This document shows positions 19,927 through 28,949 of a stretch of DNA of 64,000 nt, piece after piece. The position numbers and the translations under genes were made by a program. The notes below the pieces were generated by a model. The model made no database searches and was not told the DNA's origin. It saw nothing but the letters and a program-made list of their open reading frames with translations. The stretch's first letter is position 1; every line of letters begins with the position of its first letter. The stretch is from positions 62,001-126,000 of IMG/VR virus record IMGVR_UViG_3300044701_003160, one strand, 5' to 3'.

Positions 19927-20253
19927 TTACCGTTCGATATAACTTAATGTATGATTGGTTGCAGATAACTGCTGAATGATTATATCACATCCAATCTTCG
20001 GTTGGCAATCGCCACAAGTATAAACATCTACCGCTGCTTTGCCCTCTTCAGGCCACGTATGAATGCTAATATGACTCTCTGAAAGTAAACATAAAACAGT
20101 AACTCCCTGAGGATCAAACTTTTTTGATATTGTTTGAACCACAGTAGCACCGCTTGCTGCTGCTGCGTTTTCTAATAAGTCTATAAGACAACGCTCGTCG
20201 TCCAAAAGGACAAACGAGCAACCGTACAGGTTTAAAAGATAATGCTTACCCAT
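19927..20253 (-). CDS. speD: S-adenosylmethionine decarboxylase proenzyme (pyruvoyl type)
   Basis: GKHYLLNLYGC; LSESHISIHTWPE.G.AAVDVYTCG. Confidence 0.9.
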   Translation of the reverse strand: MGKHYLLNLYGCSFVLLDDERCLIDLLENAAAASGATVVQTISKKFDPQGVTVLCLLSESHISIHTWPEEGKAAVDVYTCGDCQPKIGCDIIIQQLSATNHTLSYIER

Positions 20254-20459
20254 TAGTCTACAGAGTTTTCCTCTGCTTCTTTAATCAATTGACTGACATA
20301 ATTTTCAGTACCATCCATTGTCTTAACTGTAAACAAAGGAGACTTCATATACTTTTTAATTTTTTTATACTTCTTTAAAAGTTTATCAACTTCATTATCG
20401 TCAATTACAACTACTGCCTTACCATCTTTAAGTTTTTCGCCACCAAATCCTGCACTCAT
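20253..20459 (-). CDS. Hypothetical protein
   Basis: 68-aa ORF tightly packed in a co-directional run. Confidence 0.6.
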   Translation of the reverse strand: MSAGFGGEKLKDGKAVVVIDDNEVDKLLKKYKKIKKYMKSPLFTVKTMDGTENYVSQLIKEAEENSVD

Positions 20460-20761
20460 TTTCTTTTCTTTTTCTCTGGTTGTTTATATCCCCAAACTCT
20501 TGGGTTCGCTCTACCATATCCAAAATCAATTTTTTGAATTGCATCAGATCCGTATTGGTCGTAATACATATCAAAAATACGAACTCTTGATCCTCTTACA
20601 AGATCTATATGACTTTCCCCACATACAGTATACCAAATCAAATAGGCATCATTTGGGAATGAAGTATCCTTTGCCTTTTCAAGAGTAGTTTTTTCTAAGA
20701 GAACTTCACATCCATACTCGTGGGGCAGAACTTGTTTTTCTCTTTTTGAAGATTCTGCCAT
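20456..20761 (-). CDS. Hypothetical protein
   Basis: Likely ATG start MAESSKRE; overlapping stop/start with neighbours. Confidence 0.65.
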   Translation of the reverse strand: MAESSKREKQVLPHEYGCEVLLEKTTLEKAKDTSFPNDAYLIWYTVCGESHIDLVRGSRVRIFDMYYDQYGSDAIQKIDFGYGRANPRVWGYKQPEKKKRK

Positions 20762-20790
20762 TTTTTCTTTTTCTCCAACAACTACTGCCA

Positions 20791-21372
20791 TCAACGGTTA
20801 CCCCACTGAATATCAGAATATGCTTCCTTTACATTATCAAAAGATATCTTATATTTATCGGTTAGTTTCTTGTCTTTTGTAAGAATTAATACCTCTGCTT
20901 CTTTTGGATGAAGTCCTCTCAGAAGATTAATAAACATCATCTCTCTACGAATCGTTGTAAGACTATCGTTTCCACCTCTTACATAATGATAAAGATTTTG
21001 ATATTCTCTACGAAGTGATGTTTTACCTCTACCATCAAGATCTTGTCCTGTAGCTAATTCACCACCCTCTGCTTCCTTTCTCAGATTTTCAGAAAGAGTT
21101 CCAGAATAAACAGACTGTTCATCTGCATTTCCATAAGGAACATCTCCTTCAGGAAGAAGAGAGGATACTGATTCATCAAAGTTCCAAATAAAAATAGACT
21201 TCAGAGAATCGTGTTCATACGTTTTAAGGACTTCAATTTTTTTAGCATTACTTCTTTGTTTTGAAGCAAGCTCTAAGACCTCAAAAACAAATGGATTTGT
21301 TGGAAGAGTTTCAATCGGTTTTTCAATTGTTGTCTTTTTTGTCTTCGTCGTAGTCATAAATTTCAATTGCAA
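20791..21372 (-). CDS. Hypothetical T4-like protein
   Basis: 193-aa ORF (NPFVFEVLE...RREMMFINLLRGLHPKEAEVL) after CTAAATA late-type motif. Confidence 0.7.
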   Translation of the reverse strand: MQLKFMTTTKTKKTTIEKPIETLPTNPFVFEVLELASKQRSNAKKIEVLKTYEHDSLKSIFIWNFDESVSSLLPEGDVPYGNADEQSVYSGTLSENLRKEAEGGELATGQDLDGRGKTSLRREYQNLYHYVRGGNDSLTTIRREMMFINLLRGLHPKEAEVLILTKDKKLTDKYKISFDNVKEAYSDIQWGNR

Positions 21373-21402
21373 TATTATAGTTTAAGATATTTAGTGGTAT
21401 TT

Positions 21403-21627
21403 TTAATCCTCTTCTTCGTCTTCATCATCAAAGTATCCTTCCTCAAATCTAACAGAGACAACCTCATCAGGTATAATCTGTCCGTTCTCATCAAAGAATT
21501 CTGGATGTAAGTAAGGAGGTCTTGTTTCTAGCAAATGCCTATAAGTTAACCAACCAATTATACTTCCTACCATAAAAAAAAGCAACGTGAACATTACTGT
21601 GAATGCTATTACATATGCTGGTTCCAT
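21403..21627 (-). CDS. Small membrane protein
   Basis: N-terminal hydrophobic helix then HPEFFDENG and acidic tail. Confidence 0.7.
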   Translation of the reverse strand: MEPAYVIAFTVMFTLLFFMVGSIIGWLTYRHLLETRPPYLHPEFFDENGQIIPDEVVSVRFEEGYFDDEDEEED

Positions 21628-21645
21628 TTGTTTTCTCCAGAGAGT

Positions 21646-21870
21646 TTATTTTTTCTTAACGTCAAAGTGAAATTCAATAAAGAAATGAAACTCCCTTTGA
21701 AAGAGAGAAACCATTTTACCAAACTTCACTTGGAAAGTCTTTGGATTTAATGCTCTCTTCCTCCTATTGCGTAATAATAACTCAATTCCCCGATTAATTT
21801 CGGGTCCTGAGTTATTTAGTTTTCTTTTTTCGTCGTCCCCTTCTCTTATCATAGTTATACTTCCAGGCAT
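21646..21870 (-). CDS. Hypothetical protein (start uncertain)
   Basis: ORF track; fills gap between neighbours. Confidence 0.5.
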   Translation of the reverse strand: MPGSITMIREGDDEKRKLNNSGPEINRGIELLLRNRRKRALNPKTFQVKFGKMVSLFQREFHFFIEFHFDVKKK

Positions 21871-22171
21871 CTTCTAGGATGCAGTGCAAATAGTTTCGTA
21901 TTTTTCTTGCCTGAGGTTTTGGAATATGCCCATAGCCCTCACGAAGTTGTTTATGAATTTCGTCAGAACCACCTTCTAGATAATCATCAAGGTCCATTAT
22001 AAGACTACTGATTTCATTTGCAGTCTTACTTTCAATGAACTCCTCTACTTCAAATTTTCGTACACTCTTAATTTTCAGGTAATCGTAAAATTTTAACACA
22101 AACTGTCCATTAAAAGCAAGATCAATTGCTTTCTCTACATCAAAATAAACTTCGTGAAATGTACTTTCCAT
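21812..22171 (-). CDS. Hypothetical protein
   Basis: ATG at 22171 overlaps glutaredoxin stop (MESTFHEVYFDVEKAID...). Confidence 0.65.
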   Translation of the reverse strand: MESTFHEVYFDVEKAIDLAFNGQFVLKFYDYLKIKSVRKFEVEEFIESKTANEISSLIMDLDDYLEGGSDEIHKQLREGYGHIPKPQARKIRNYLHCILEDAWKYNYDKRRGRRKKKTK

Positions 22172-22410
22172 TAAACCAAATTTTGCTCCTTTAGATATTG
22201 AACCGTATCCATACAACCACCAAGATGTTCTTGATCATTTAAAATTACCTGAGGAAAGGTAGACCCTTCTCCAAACTCTGCATAGAATCCATCACGATCA
22301 AAGTTTTCCCCAAGAGTATAAACTACGTGTTCAAGATTTGCCAACTCTAACACTTGTTTGATTTTAGTGCAATAAGGGCAACCGTGTTTTGAATAAACTG
22401 TAAATTTCAT
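22171..22410 (-). CDS. Glutaredoxin (NrdC-like)
   Basis: CPYC active site; TFPQV; LGGC.D. Confidence 0.92.
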   Translation of the reverse strand: MKFTVYSKHGCPYCTKIKQVLELANLEHVVYTLGENFDRDGFYAEFGEGSTFPQVILNDQEHLGGCMDTVQYLKEQNLV

Positions 22411-22502
22411 AGTAGTATGAGTATTGGAATTAAAATTATGAGTATTGAAATTAGAAATCCCCCAGCCGTTTCTAGCAGGGGGCGAATACTGTAAGAGTCC
22501 AT
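22407..22502 (-). CDS. Small hydrophobic peptide (31 aa)
   Basis: MDSYSIRPLLETAGGFLISILIILIPILILL; stop overlaps glutaredoxin ATG (ATGA). Confidence 0.5.
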   Translation of the reverse strand: MDSYSIRPLLETAGGFLISILIILIPILILL

Positions 22503-22512
22503 CAATTAAATT

Positions 22513-22875
22513 TTATTGATATTTAGGGCGGTAGACGCTGTACTCAATATTATTAATCTGTTTTTGCCACTCAATAATATCAGACAATCTTTCTGTTGTA
22601 AAGAATGGTTGTTGTAAGTACCAATCATACCATTTTTGATGTCCCTTTGAGTGATTGCATTTTTTGCAAGCACATAAGACATTTGTAACCCTATCACTTC
22701 CACCTTTAGATCTTGGAACTATATGATCTAATGTAAGAACTTCATCACTCCCACAATATGCACATTCATAATTCCATCTTTCTTTAATTGATTGTCTCCA
22801 TTTTCGTCTTGCTTCTGAACTTGAGATCGCTTCAAGATTAAATAAAAGTTCTTCTGAAGTGGAGTAAAGTGGCAT
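22513..22875 (-). CDS. HNH endonuclease
   Basis: CAYCG...TLDHIVPRSKGGSD..TNVLCACKKCNHSKG. Confidence 0.9.
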   Translation of the reverse strand: MPLYSTSEELLFNLEAISSSEARRKWRQSIKERWNYECAYCGSDEVLTLDHIVPRSKGGSDRVTNVLCACKKCNHSKGHQKWYDWYLQQPFFTTERLSDIIEWQKQINNIEYSVYRPKYQ

Positions 22876-22919
22876 TCGTAAGATGCGTACCGCAAATATT
22901 TAGAGTTCCTTATGACTCA

Positions 22920-23192
22920 TCATACTTTAACAGGTTCTTGTTGTCCTTCTGGAAGTTTGATCTTATGGGGTTCCAATTGATTTACCTGACCAGCAGGCAA
23001 TCCAAGTTGTCCAGGGAGTTGCTTATCTGTTGTTGAGGTTACATTAATCACCTGATCCATTATAAAACGATGACGACTGTAAGAGCGATAATGAGGATCA
23101 AATCCAACCATCATTATCGCATCATTAATATCCGCACAATGGCAGATAACTTTTCCTGTTCGATTGTCTGTTACAACCCAATATTCATTCAT
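22920..23192 (-). CDS. Hypothetical protein
   Basis: 90-aa co-directional ORF. Confidence 0.65.
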   Translation of the reverse strand: MNEYWVVTDNRTGKVICHCADINDAIMMVGFDPHYRSYSRHRFIMDQVINVTSTTDKQLPGQLGLPAGQVNQLEPHKIKLPEGQQEPVKV

Positions 23193-23424
23193 TCTCAGGT
23201 GCCTTTGATGAAACTACAGGATTACGACTACGATTTTTGATAACAACAAATGCATCATTTTGATAAGTTACAGATCCAAAAGGTTTTGCCCACTTTGGAT
23301 TTGCATCGGGATGAGTTGCAGTTCCTGTAGCTGCAACTCCGCCAACTTCTACACGAATATCATCATCAATATTCCATCCCAAAGTTTCAATTGTAGTTGT
23401 GATTTGATTTAGTATATCGTCCAT
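23185..23424 (-). CDS. Hypothetical protein
   Basis: 79-aa ORF preceded by ATAAATA-like motif. Confidence 0.65.
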   Translation of the reverse strand: MDDILNQITTTIETLGWNIDDDIRVEVGGVAATGTATHPDANPKWAKPFGSVTYQNDAFVVIKNRSRNPVVSSKAPENE

Positions 23425-23460
23425 TATTTGTAGAAGTATTTCTATCAGTATAGAATACTT

Positions 23461-24822
23461 TTACTGACCTGTAAAGTCAAACCCACCAAGATCATCTGGA
23501 TAATCAGGAACTTGAAAATCAATCAGAGGTTCTGGAACATCTGGAATATTTACATCGTCAGTATTCTGTGGTTCATACTCAAACTCTGGTCTTCCTCCAC
23601 GATTATCATATTCATCGTTGAAAGAATGATCCTTCAAGAATTTATCTACAAGATCTCCAGTATTTGAACCTGGAGTTTGATCATTTTCAGCGTCATTATT
23701 AGGTCCTGAATTACCTGGAGCATCATCATCTCCGTTACCCCATCCATTATTTTGCCCTCTTTCAGGAACATCTCCTCCACCTCCTCCATTATCATTACCA
23801 TTTCCAGGAGTATTATTTTGTCCTGATCCATCGTTCTTTGAGTCGCCTGGTGGTTGATTAGTTTCTGGGTCTTGCCCATCTTGATGATTTCCTTTTCCTG
23901 GATTATCAGATGCTCCTGTTTCTCCATCCCAAGGCGAATTACCAACTTCCTTATCATTACCAGGATTTCCTTTACCAGGACCTTCAGGATCCTCTGGATC
24001 CTCTGGATCCTCTGGATCTTCAGGATCTTCGGGATCCTCAGGGTCTTCGGGATCCTCAGGGTCTTCAGGATCTTCGGGATCCTCAGGGTCTTCAGGGTCT
24101 TCGGGATCCTCAGGGTCTTCAGGGTCTTCAGGGTCTTCGGGATCCTCTGGATCTTCAGGATCCTCAGGGTCTTCGGGATCAACAGGAGGATCAACAGGAG
24201 GATCAACAGGTGGGTCTACTGGAGGATCAACAGGAGGATCAACAGGAGGATCAACAGGTGGGTCTACTGGAGGATCAACAGGAGGATCAACAGGTGGGTC
24301 TACTGGAGGATCAACAGGTGGGTCTACTGGAGGATCAACAGGAGGATCAACAGGTGGGTCTACTGGAGGATCAACAGGAGGATCTACAGGAGGATCTACA
24401 GGAGGATCAACAGGAGGATCTACAATTTCTTCTTCATCAACAGGATTATCAGTACTGTTGAAACTGTTGTTAGTAATATTGTTAGTGTTAGGTAAAGAAT
24501 CCAGAGAAGCATTATTGATTGCTGATAATGGAATTGAATTTGATACTCTAGTTCTAGCAGTATCATTATCACCAAGAACAGGAACATCACCCGAACCACC
24601 AAAGACCTCATTAAAATTTGCATCTTCTAATTGAGGATTTGTGACCTGAACCTGGCCAACATTAATTGGTTCAACTTCTTCTATCGGAGTTTCAGCAAGA
24701 ACATCAGGAACTTGCGTATATCCTTCTGGATTTCTGAGTGCTGCACTAGGATCGTGTGGAGTTGAATCCTGTGACTGTTGATTTGTTCGTTGAGTTTCCT
24801 CAAGTTGCAGTTGTTCTTCCAT
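23461..24822 (-). CDS. Acidic low-complexity repeat protein
   Basis: 453 aa with 20x DPPV then 22x DPE followed by a Gly/Asn/Asp-rich domain. Confidence 0.75.
   Translation of the reverse strand: MEEQLQLEETQRTNQQSQDSTPHDPSAALRNPEGYTQVPDVLAETPIEEVEPINVGQVQVTNPQLEDANFNEVFGGSGDVPVLGDNDTARTRVSNSIPLSAINNASLDSLPNTNNITNNSFNSTDNPVDEEEIVDPPVDPPVDPPVDPPVDPPVDPPVDPPVDPPVDPPVDPPVDPPVDPPVDPPVDPPVDPPVDPPVDPPVDPPVDPPVDPPVDPEDPEDPEDPEDPEDPEDPEDPEDPEDPEDPEDPEDPEDPEDPEDPEDPEDPEDPEDPEDPEDPEGPGKGNPGNDKEVGNSPWDGETGASDNPGKGNHQDGQDPETNQPPGDSKNDGSGQNNTPGNGNDNGGGGGDVPERGQNNGWGNGDDDAPGNSGPNNDAENDQTPGSNTGDLVDKFLKDHSFNDEYDNRGGRPEFEYEPQNTDDVNIPDVPEPLIDFQVPDYPDDLGGFDFTGQ
23983..24420 (-). repeat. Coding tandem repeats: 20x12 bp (DPPV) then 22x9 bp (DPE)
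   Basis: 24181-24420 and 23983-24180; synonymous variants among units. Confidence 0.95.
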
Positions 24823-24852
24823 AATAATTTGACTCTGATATGATAAAGATAT

Positions 24853-24975
24853 TTAGTTATTATATGACTTTTTAGACTGTGATGGTGGTTTGTAATTCTT
24901 TGCAGGTCTATAGAGATTAGGCCAGGTATCTCTGAGGATCTCTGCGATTTTATGAGGCGTTGTGGAGGATATCAT
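24853..24975 (-). CDS. Small hypothetical protein (40 aa)
   Basis: MISSTTPHKIAEILRDTWPNLYRP...; ATGA-coupled. Confidence 0.55.
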   Translation of the reverse strand: MISSTTPHKIAEILRDTWPNLYRPAKNYKPPSQSKKSYNN

Positions 24976-25046
24976 AGGTCTTGTGATATAGAAATAATAA
25001 ACATAAAAATACCGAATGCTATGAATGCTGCGAGTAATGTGAGCAT
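24972..25046 (-). CDS. Small hydrophobic peptide (24 aa)
   Basis: MLTLLAAFIAFGIFMFIISISQDL. Confidence 0.45.
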   Translation of the reverse strand: MLTLLAAFIAFGIFMFIISISQDL

Positions 25047-25594
25047 TTGAGATTTTCTACGAGTGTTTGGAGTTCTTGTAGGGAAGCGTCGTTTTTGAGT
25101 GTGTTGGCTCTATTGCTTATGACCCACACATTACCTTTTATGTATCCTTTTTCTGGAATGATTTTATCTAATGAAGGACTATTTGGATGATAACCTTTTT
25201 TAGGTTGTATCTCAATAGGAATACCAAGTAAAGGGCAAGTTTCGGGAATGACTATATCAATAAGTTCCAGATTGAATGGAATATTATTTTGCTTTGCTCT
25301 ACTTTTTGCTCTGGTCAAAATTCTATATTCAACTGATTTTGATACTGCGTTGGGGTCAAATCTTTCACGATTTTTGGCGTTTACTATTTCTTTACGAATA
25401 CATCCACAAGATTGAGTTCTACCATTTAACAATCCCTCTCTTCTTGTTGAAGTTGTATTTCCACCGCAAGAACAAGAGCACTCGCATAGAATATATTTTT
25501 TATTACTATATTCTCTTAAAACAGTCAGTCTCCCAAAAGTTTTTCCAACTAATCCTCCGCAAGGAATTGATTTTTTATTTAATCCCATATTCAT
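25019..25594 (-). CDS. Free-standing HNH-type homing endonuclease
   Basis: GKTFGRLTVL...CECSCG...SCGC N-domain; PSLDKIIPEKGYIKGNVWVISNRAN.LK nuclease motif; just downstream of psbD. Confidence 0.75.
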   Translation of the reverse strand: MNMGLNKKSIPCGGLVGKTFGRLTVLREYSNKKYILCECSCSCGGNTTSTRREGLLNGRTQSCGCIRKEIVNAKNRERFDPNAVSKSVEYRILTRAKSRAKQNNIPFNLELIDIVIPETCPLLGIPIEIQPKKGYHPNSPSLDKIIPEKGYIKGNVWVISNRANTLKNDASLQELQTLVENLKCSHYSQHS

Positions 25595-25649
25595 TTAACA
25601 CTCTATTATTATTTATATAATATCATAGTTGGGGTCATAAGTCAATAAA

Positions 25650-25677
25650 AAGACCCCGAAGGGTCTTTGCGTTTCCG
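25650..25677 (-). terminator. psbD terminator, followed by TTGACT-N17-TATTAT promoter and TATAAATA
   Basis: AAGACCC-TTCG-GGGTCTT-TTT on the minus strand. Confidence 0.8.
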
Positions 25678-25695
25678 CAGGGTATTATATTTTTA

Positions 25696-26757
25696 TCACA
25701 AGGCGTTCCCACGAGGGAGAACTTCATCTGGAAAGACAAATCGTTCCCCAGGTTGATCAACTGGAGCCATCCATGCCCTTAATCCCTCATTAAGAAGTAT
25801 ATTTTTTGTGTAAAATGTCTCAAATTCTGGATCTTCTGCTGCTCTAATTTCCTGAGATACAAAGTCGTAAGCACGGAGGTTAAGAGCAAGACCGATGATG
25901 CCGATAGAAGAAGTCCAGAGACCCATAACTGGAACGAAAAGCATAAAAAAGTGCAACCAACGCTTGTTACTAAAGGCAATACCGAAAATCTGAGACCAGA
26001 ATCTGTTAGCAGTAACCATTGAATAGGTCTCTTCCTCTTGTGTTGGTTCAAATGCCTTGAATGTGTTTGCTTGTTCACTGTCTTCAAATAGAGTGTTTTC
26101 TACAGTTGCTCCGTGAATGGCACAGAGCAGTGCTCCACCCAGTATACCAGCAACTCCCATCATATGGAAGGGGTTGAGGGTCCAGTTGTGGAAACCCTGA
26201 AGGAACAGAAGGAACCTGAAGATTGCTGCCACTCCAAAAGAGGGAGCAAAGAACCAACTGGATTGACCCAGTGGATACATCAGGAATACAGAAACGAATA
26301 CTGCAATAGGACCAGAGAATGCGATTGCGTTGTAGGGTCTAATCCCTACTAAACGAGCAATCTCAAACTGACGAAGCATAAAACCGATTAGAGCGAAAGC
26401 CCCGTGGAGCGCCACAAAAGGCCAGAGTCCCCCAAGTTGGCACCACCTGACGAAATCCCCTTGAGCCTCAGGACCCCAGAGAAGCATAAGAGAATGACCC
26501 ATAGAATCTGCTGGAGTAGAAACTGCCACAGTAAGAAAGTTTGCACCCTCCAGATAGGAACTTGCCAACCCGTGAGTGTACCAACTCGTAACGAAAGTTG
26601 TCCCAGTAAGCCAACCACCAAGAGCAAGATAAGCAGTGGGAAAAAGAAGAAGTCCAGACCAGCCAACAAAAACGAAACGATCTCTCTTAAGCCAGTCGTC
26701 CAAGACATCAAACCACCCCCTTTGTTGAATAGGTTTTGAAAGTGTAGATGAAACCAT
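25696..26757 (-). CDS. psbD: Photosystem II D2 protein
   Basis: Full length 353 aa: [13 protein letters not shown]...[14 protein letters not shown]...EVLPRGNAL. Confidence 0.99.
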   Translation of the reverse strand: MVSSTLSKPIQQRGWFDVLDDWLKRDRFVFVGWSGLLLFPTAYLALGGWLTGTTFVTSWYTHGLASSYLEGANFLTVAVSTPADSMGHSLMLLWGPEAQGDFVRWCQLGGLWPFVALHGAFALIGFMLRQFEIARLVGIRPYNAIAFSGPIAVFVSVFLMYPLGQSSWFFAPSFGVAAIFRFLLFLQGFHNWTLNPFHMMGVAGILGGALLCAIHGATVENTLFEDSEQANTFKAFEPTQEEETYSMVTANRFWSQIFGIAFSNKRWLHFFMLFVPVMGLWTSSIGIIGLALNLRAYDFVSQEIRAAEDPEFETFYTKNILLNEGLRAWMAPVDQPGERFVFPDEVLPRGNAL

Positions 26758-26783
26758 AGCCTCCTCATTGATTTATCATATTT

Positions 26784-26812
26784 ATGTTAACAGTTCTTAA
26801 CAAAGAAGTCAA
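26784..26812 (-). promoter_or_regulatory. psbD sigma70-type promoter
   Basis: TTGACT(26807-26812)-N17-TAACAT(26784-26789); GAGGAGG RBS downstream. Confidence 0.7.
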
Positions 26813-26818
26813 TGAGTA

Positions 26819-27343
26819 TTAGTGCTTATGCTTTTGTAGGTATCTAACTGCGTTGCTTAATGTATCTAAGTTGTCTCCAACCAATCCTAGCATTCTGTTG
26901 CAGTTGCTACAAAGCAATCCACGAACCTTTCCTGTCTTATGGTCGTGGTCCACATAAAGGTTATTACTATCCTTTCTACCATTTGTATTTGGATTAAAAC
27001 AAATAACACAAACTTCATTTTGTTCTTGTAGAAGGTTTTTATATTGCTCTAATCCAAAATCTTCACCATAAGTATATTTCAACATATAGTCTTTCTTATC
27101 GTCATAAGAAGGTCTCTTATCTTTATAGTCTTTACTATAACACTCTTTACACCTCTTATGACCTTTATAATATTCTGAAATAAGTTTTTCTACACCACAC
27201 TTGTTGCAGACGATATGAGTTTTACTCGCCCAGTTTTCTGCATAAGTTTTTTCTTCACATCTTATACACCTTCTACGACCTTCTCTAAAATCAGAGACAG
27301 AAAGTTCTTTGTTGCAACTTCTACAAATCTTCGTGGTTCTCAT
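26819..27343 (-). CDS. Endonuclease VII-like free-standing homing endonuclease (F-CphI-like)
   Basis: CVIC...LYVDHDHKTGKVRGLLCSNCNRMLG; two N-terminal CxxC repeats; between psbA and psbD. Confidence 0.85.
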   Translation of the reverse strand: MRTTKICRSCNKELSVSDFREGRRRCIRCEEKTYAENWASKTHIVCNKCGVEKLISEYYKGHKRCKECYSKDYKDKRPSYDDKKDYMLKYTYGEDFGLEQYKNLLQEQNEVCVICFNPNTNGRKDSNNLYVDHDHKTGKVRGLLCSNCNRMLGLVGDNLDTLSNAVRYLQKHKH

Positions 27344-27386
27344 TATGGTATTTAAACTTTTAACTATTTATAAAATATTAAACTCC

Positions 27387-27424
27387 ATTATAACACAAAA
27401 AAAGAGACCCGTAAAGGGTCTCTA
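27387..27424 (-). terminator. psbA terminator overlapping a promoter
   Basis: GAGACCC-tttac-GGGTCTC-T7; TTTACG-N17-TATAAT. Confidence 0.75.
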
Positions 27425-27430
27425 ATTTTA

Positions 27431-28947
27431 TCAACCGATTGAAGGAGCAGTGAGAGCAACTGGTGTTGCTTCTGCTGCTGCAAGGTCAAGTGGGAAGTTG
27501 TGCTTACAGTTTGGACTATATCTTCACCATACTCTTTATGAGGTTAGGTGTCGGACGCTATTGGTGTATTACATCTCACGCTTGAGAAACCACCTAGTCT
27601 CTGAACCTTCCAATCAAGTTCGTGATTGGCTTGGCTGCTGATTGCCCGTTAGGGTTTCCAGCAATTCATCCGAAGTTTATCTTACCTTTTCAGATAAGAG
27701 CGCCCACAAATCGAGCGTTGCGTTCATGCATGACTTCCATTCCAAGTCCTGCACGATTTAGGACATCTGCCCAAGTGTTAATAACTTTACCTTGACTATC
27801 AACGATAGACTGGTTGAAGTTGAAACCGTTGCACTGAACCCATAAGTTTACCATTCTTATGGAGTGGACTATATCTTCATCCATTTAGGATGTTGGGCGC
27901 TATTGGTGTATTACATCTCACGCTTGAGAAACCACCTAGTCTCTGAACCTTTCCAAGAAGCGTCTTGGACTTGGCTGCTGATTACCCAATATGGAGGGCT
28001 TCCAGCAATTCACCCAATGTTTACCGTCAAATTGCTAGGACGGGACCCCGACGATTGAGGTTAAATGCCATCGTAGAAACACCAAGAGCAGTGAACCAGA
28101 TGCCTACAACAGGCCAGGCAGCCAGGAAGAAGTGCAGTGAACGGGAGTTATTAAAGGAAGCATATTGAAAAATAAGGCGTCCAAAATACCCGTGAGCAGC
28201 AACGATGTTGTAGGTCTCTTCTTCTTGACCGAACTTATATCCGTAGTTCTGTGACTCATTCTCAGTAGTTTCACGAACCAGTGAAGAAGTCACCAGTGAA
28301 CCGTGCATAGCACTGAAGAGTGAACCACCGAACACACCAGCAACTCCAAGCATGTGGAAGGGGTGCATCAGGATATTGTGTTCTGCTTGGAAGACAAGCA
28401 TATAGTTAAACGTACCAGAGATACCAAGAGGCATCGCATCAGAGAAAGAACCTTGACCGAAAGGATAAACCAGGAATACGGCAGAAGCAGCAGCAACAGG
28501 TGCGCTGTAAGCAACACAGATCCAAGGACGCATACCTAGACGGTAAGAGAGTTCCCATTCACGTCCCATATAAGCATAGATGCCGATGAGGAAGTGAAAT
28601 ACAACGAGTTGGAAAGGTCCACCGTTATAAAGCCATTCATCAAGAGAAGCAGCTTCCCAGATAGGATAGAAGTGAAGTCCGATAGCATTAGAAGAAGGAA
28701 CAACGGCACCAGAGATGATGTTGTTTCCGTACATTAGAGAACCAGCAACTGGTTCACGAATGCCGTCGATGTCCACTGGGGGAGCACCAACGAAAGCGAT
28801 AATGAAGCAAGTCGTAGCAGCAAGCAGGCAAGGAATCATCAGGACTCCGAACCAACCAACATACAGACGATTGTTAGTGGAAGTAACCCACTCACAGAAT
28901 TGGTTCCAGGTATTTGTGGAACGTTGTTGAGCAATTGTAGCAGTCAT
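27431..28947 (-). CDS. psbA: Photosystem II D1 protein, three exons (28058-28947, 27714-27831, 27431-27502)
   Basis: Joined exons give 1080 nt = 359 aa + stop, restoring ...[12 protein letters not shown]...[14 protein letters not shown]... Confidence 0.97.
27503..27713 (-). mobile_element. Group I intron 2 of psbA (211 nt, no ORF), after codon A336
   Basis: 5' exon ends in U, intron ends in G; core elements TCAGAGACTA and AAGATATAGTCC; guide UUUGUGGGCG pairs exon 2 end and exon 3 start (CACAA). Confidence 0.93.
27832..28057 (-). mobile_element. Group I intron 1 of psbA (226 nt, no ORF), within codon L297
   Basis: Exon ...AACCU / intron ...CAGUG / exon CAACGG restores frame; core AGAGACTA and AAGATATAGTCC; guide GGGGU pairs ACCU. 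Confidence 0.9.
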
Positions 28948-28949
28948 TT

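Noticed and set aside
22416-22457. 21-bp direct repeat as a regulatory element
   Set aside because: Better explained as coding for the repeated Ile/Leu heptad of a 31-aa hydrophobic peptide.
23983-24420. CRISPR-like or iteron array
   Set aside because: Units are contiguous 9- and 12-bp codon multiples with synonymous variation and no spacers.
23646-24495. Overlapping ORFs with RRIN, QQED and LKTLRIP repeats
   Set aside because: These are alternative-frame and antisense readings of the DPPV/DPE repeats, which lack stops by construction.
28027-28947. psbA as a truncated 306-aa pseudogene
   Set aside because: The track ORF reads into intron 1; removing two group I introns restores a complete 359-aa D1.
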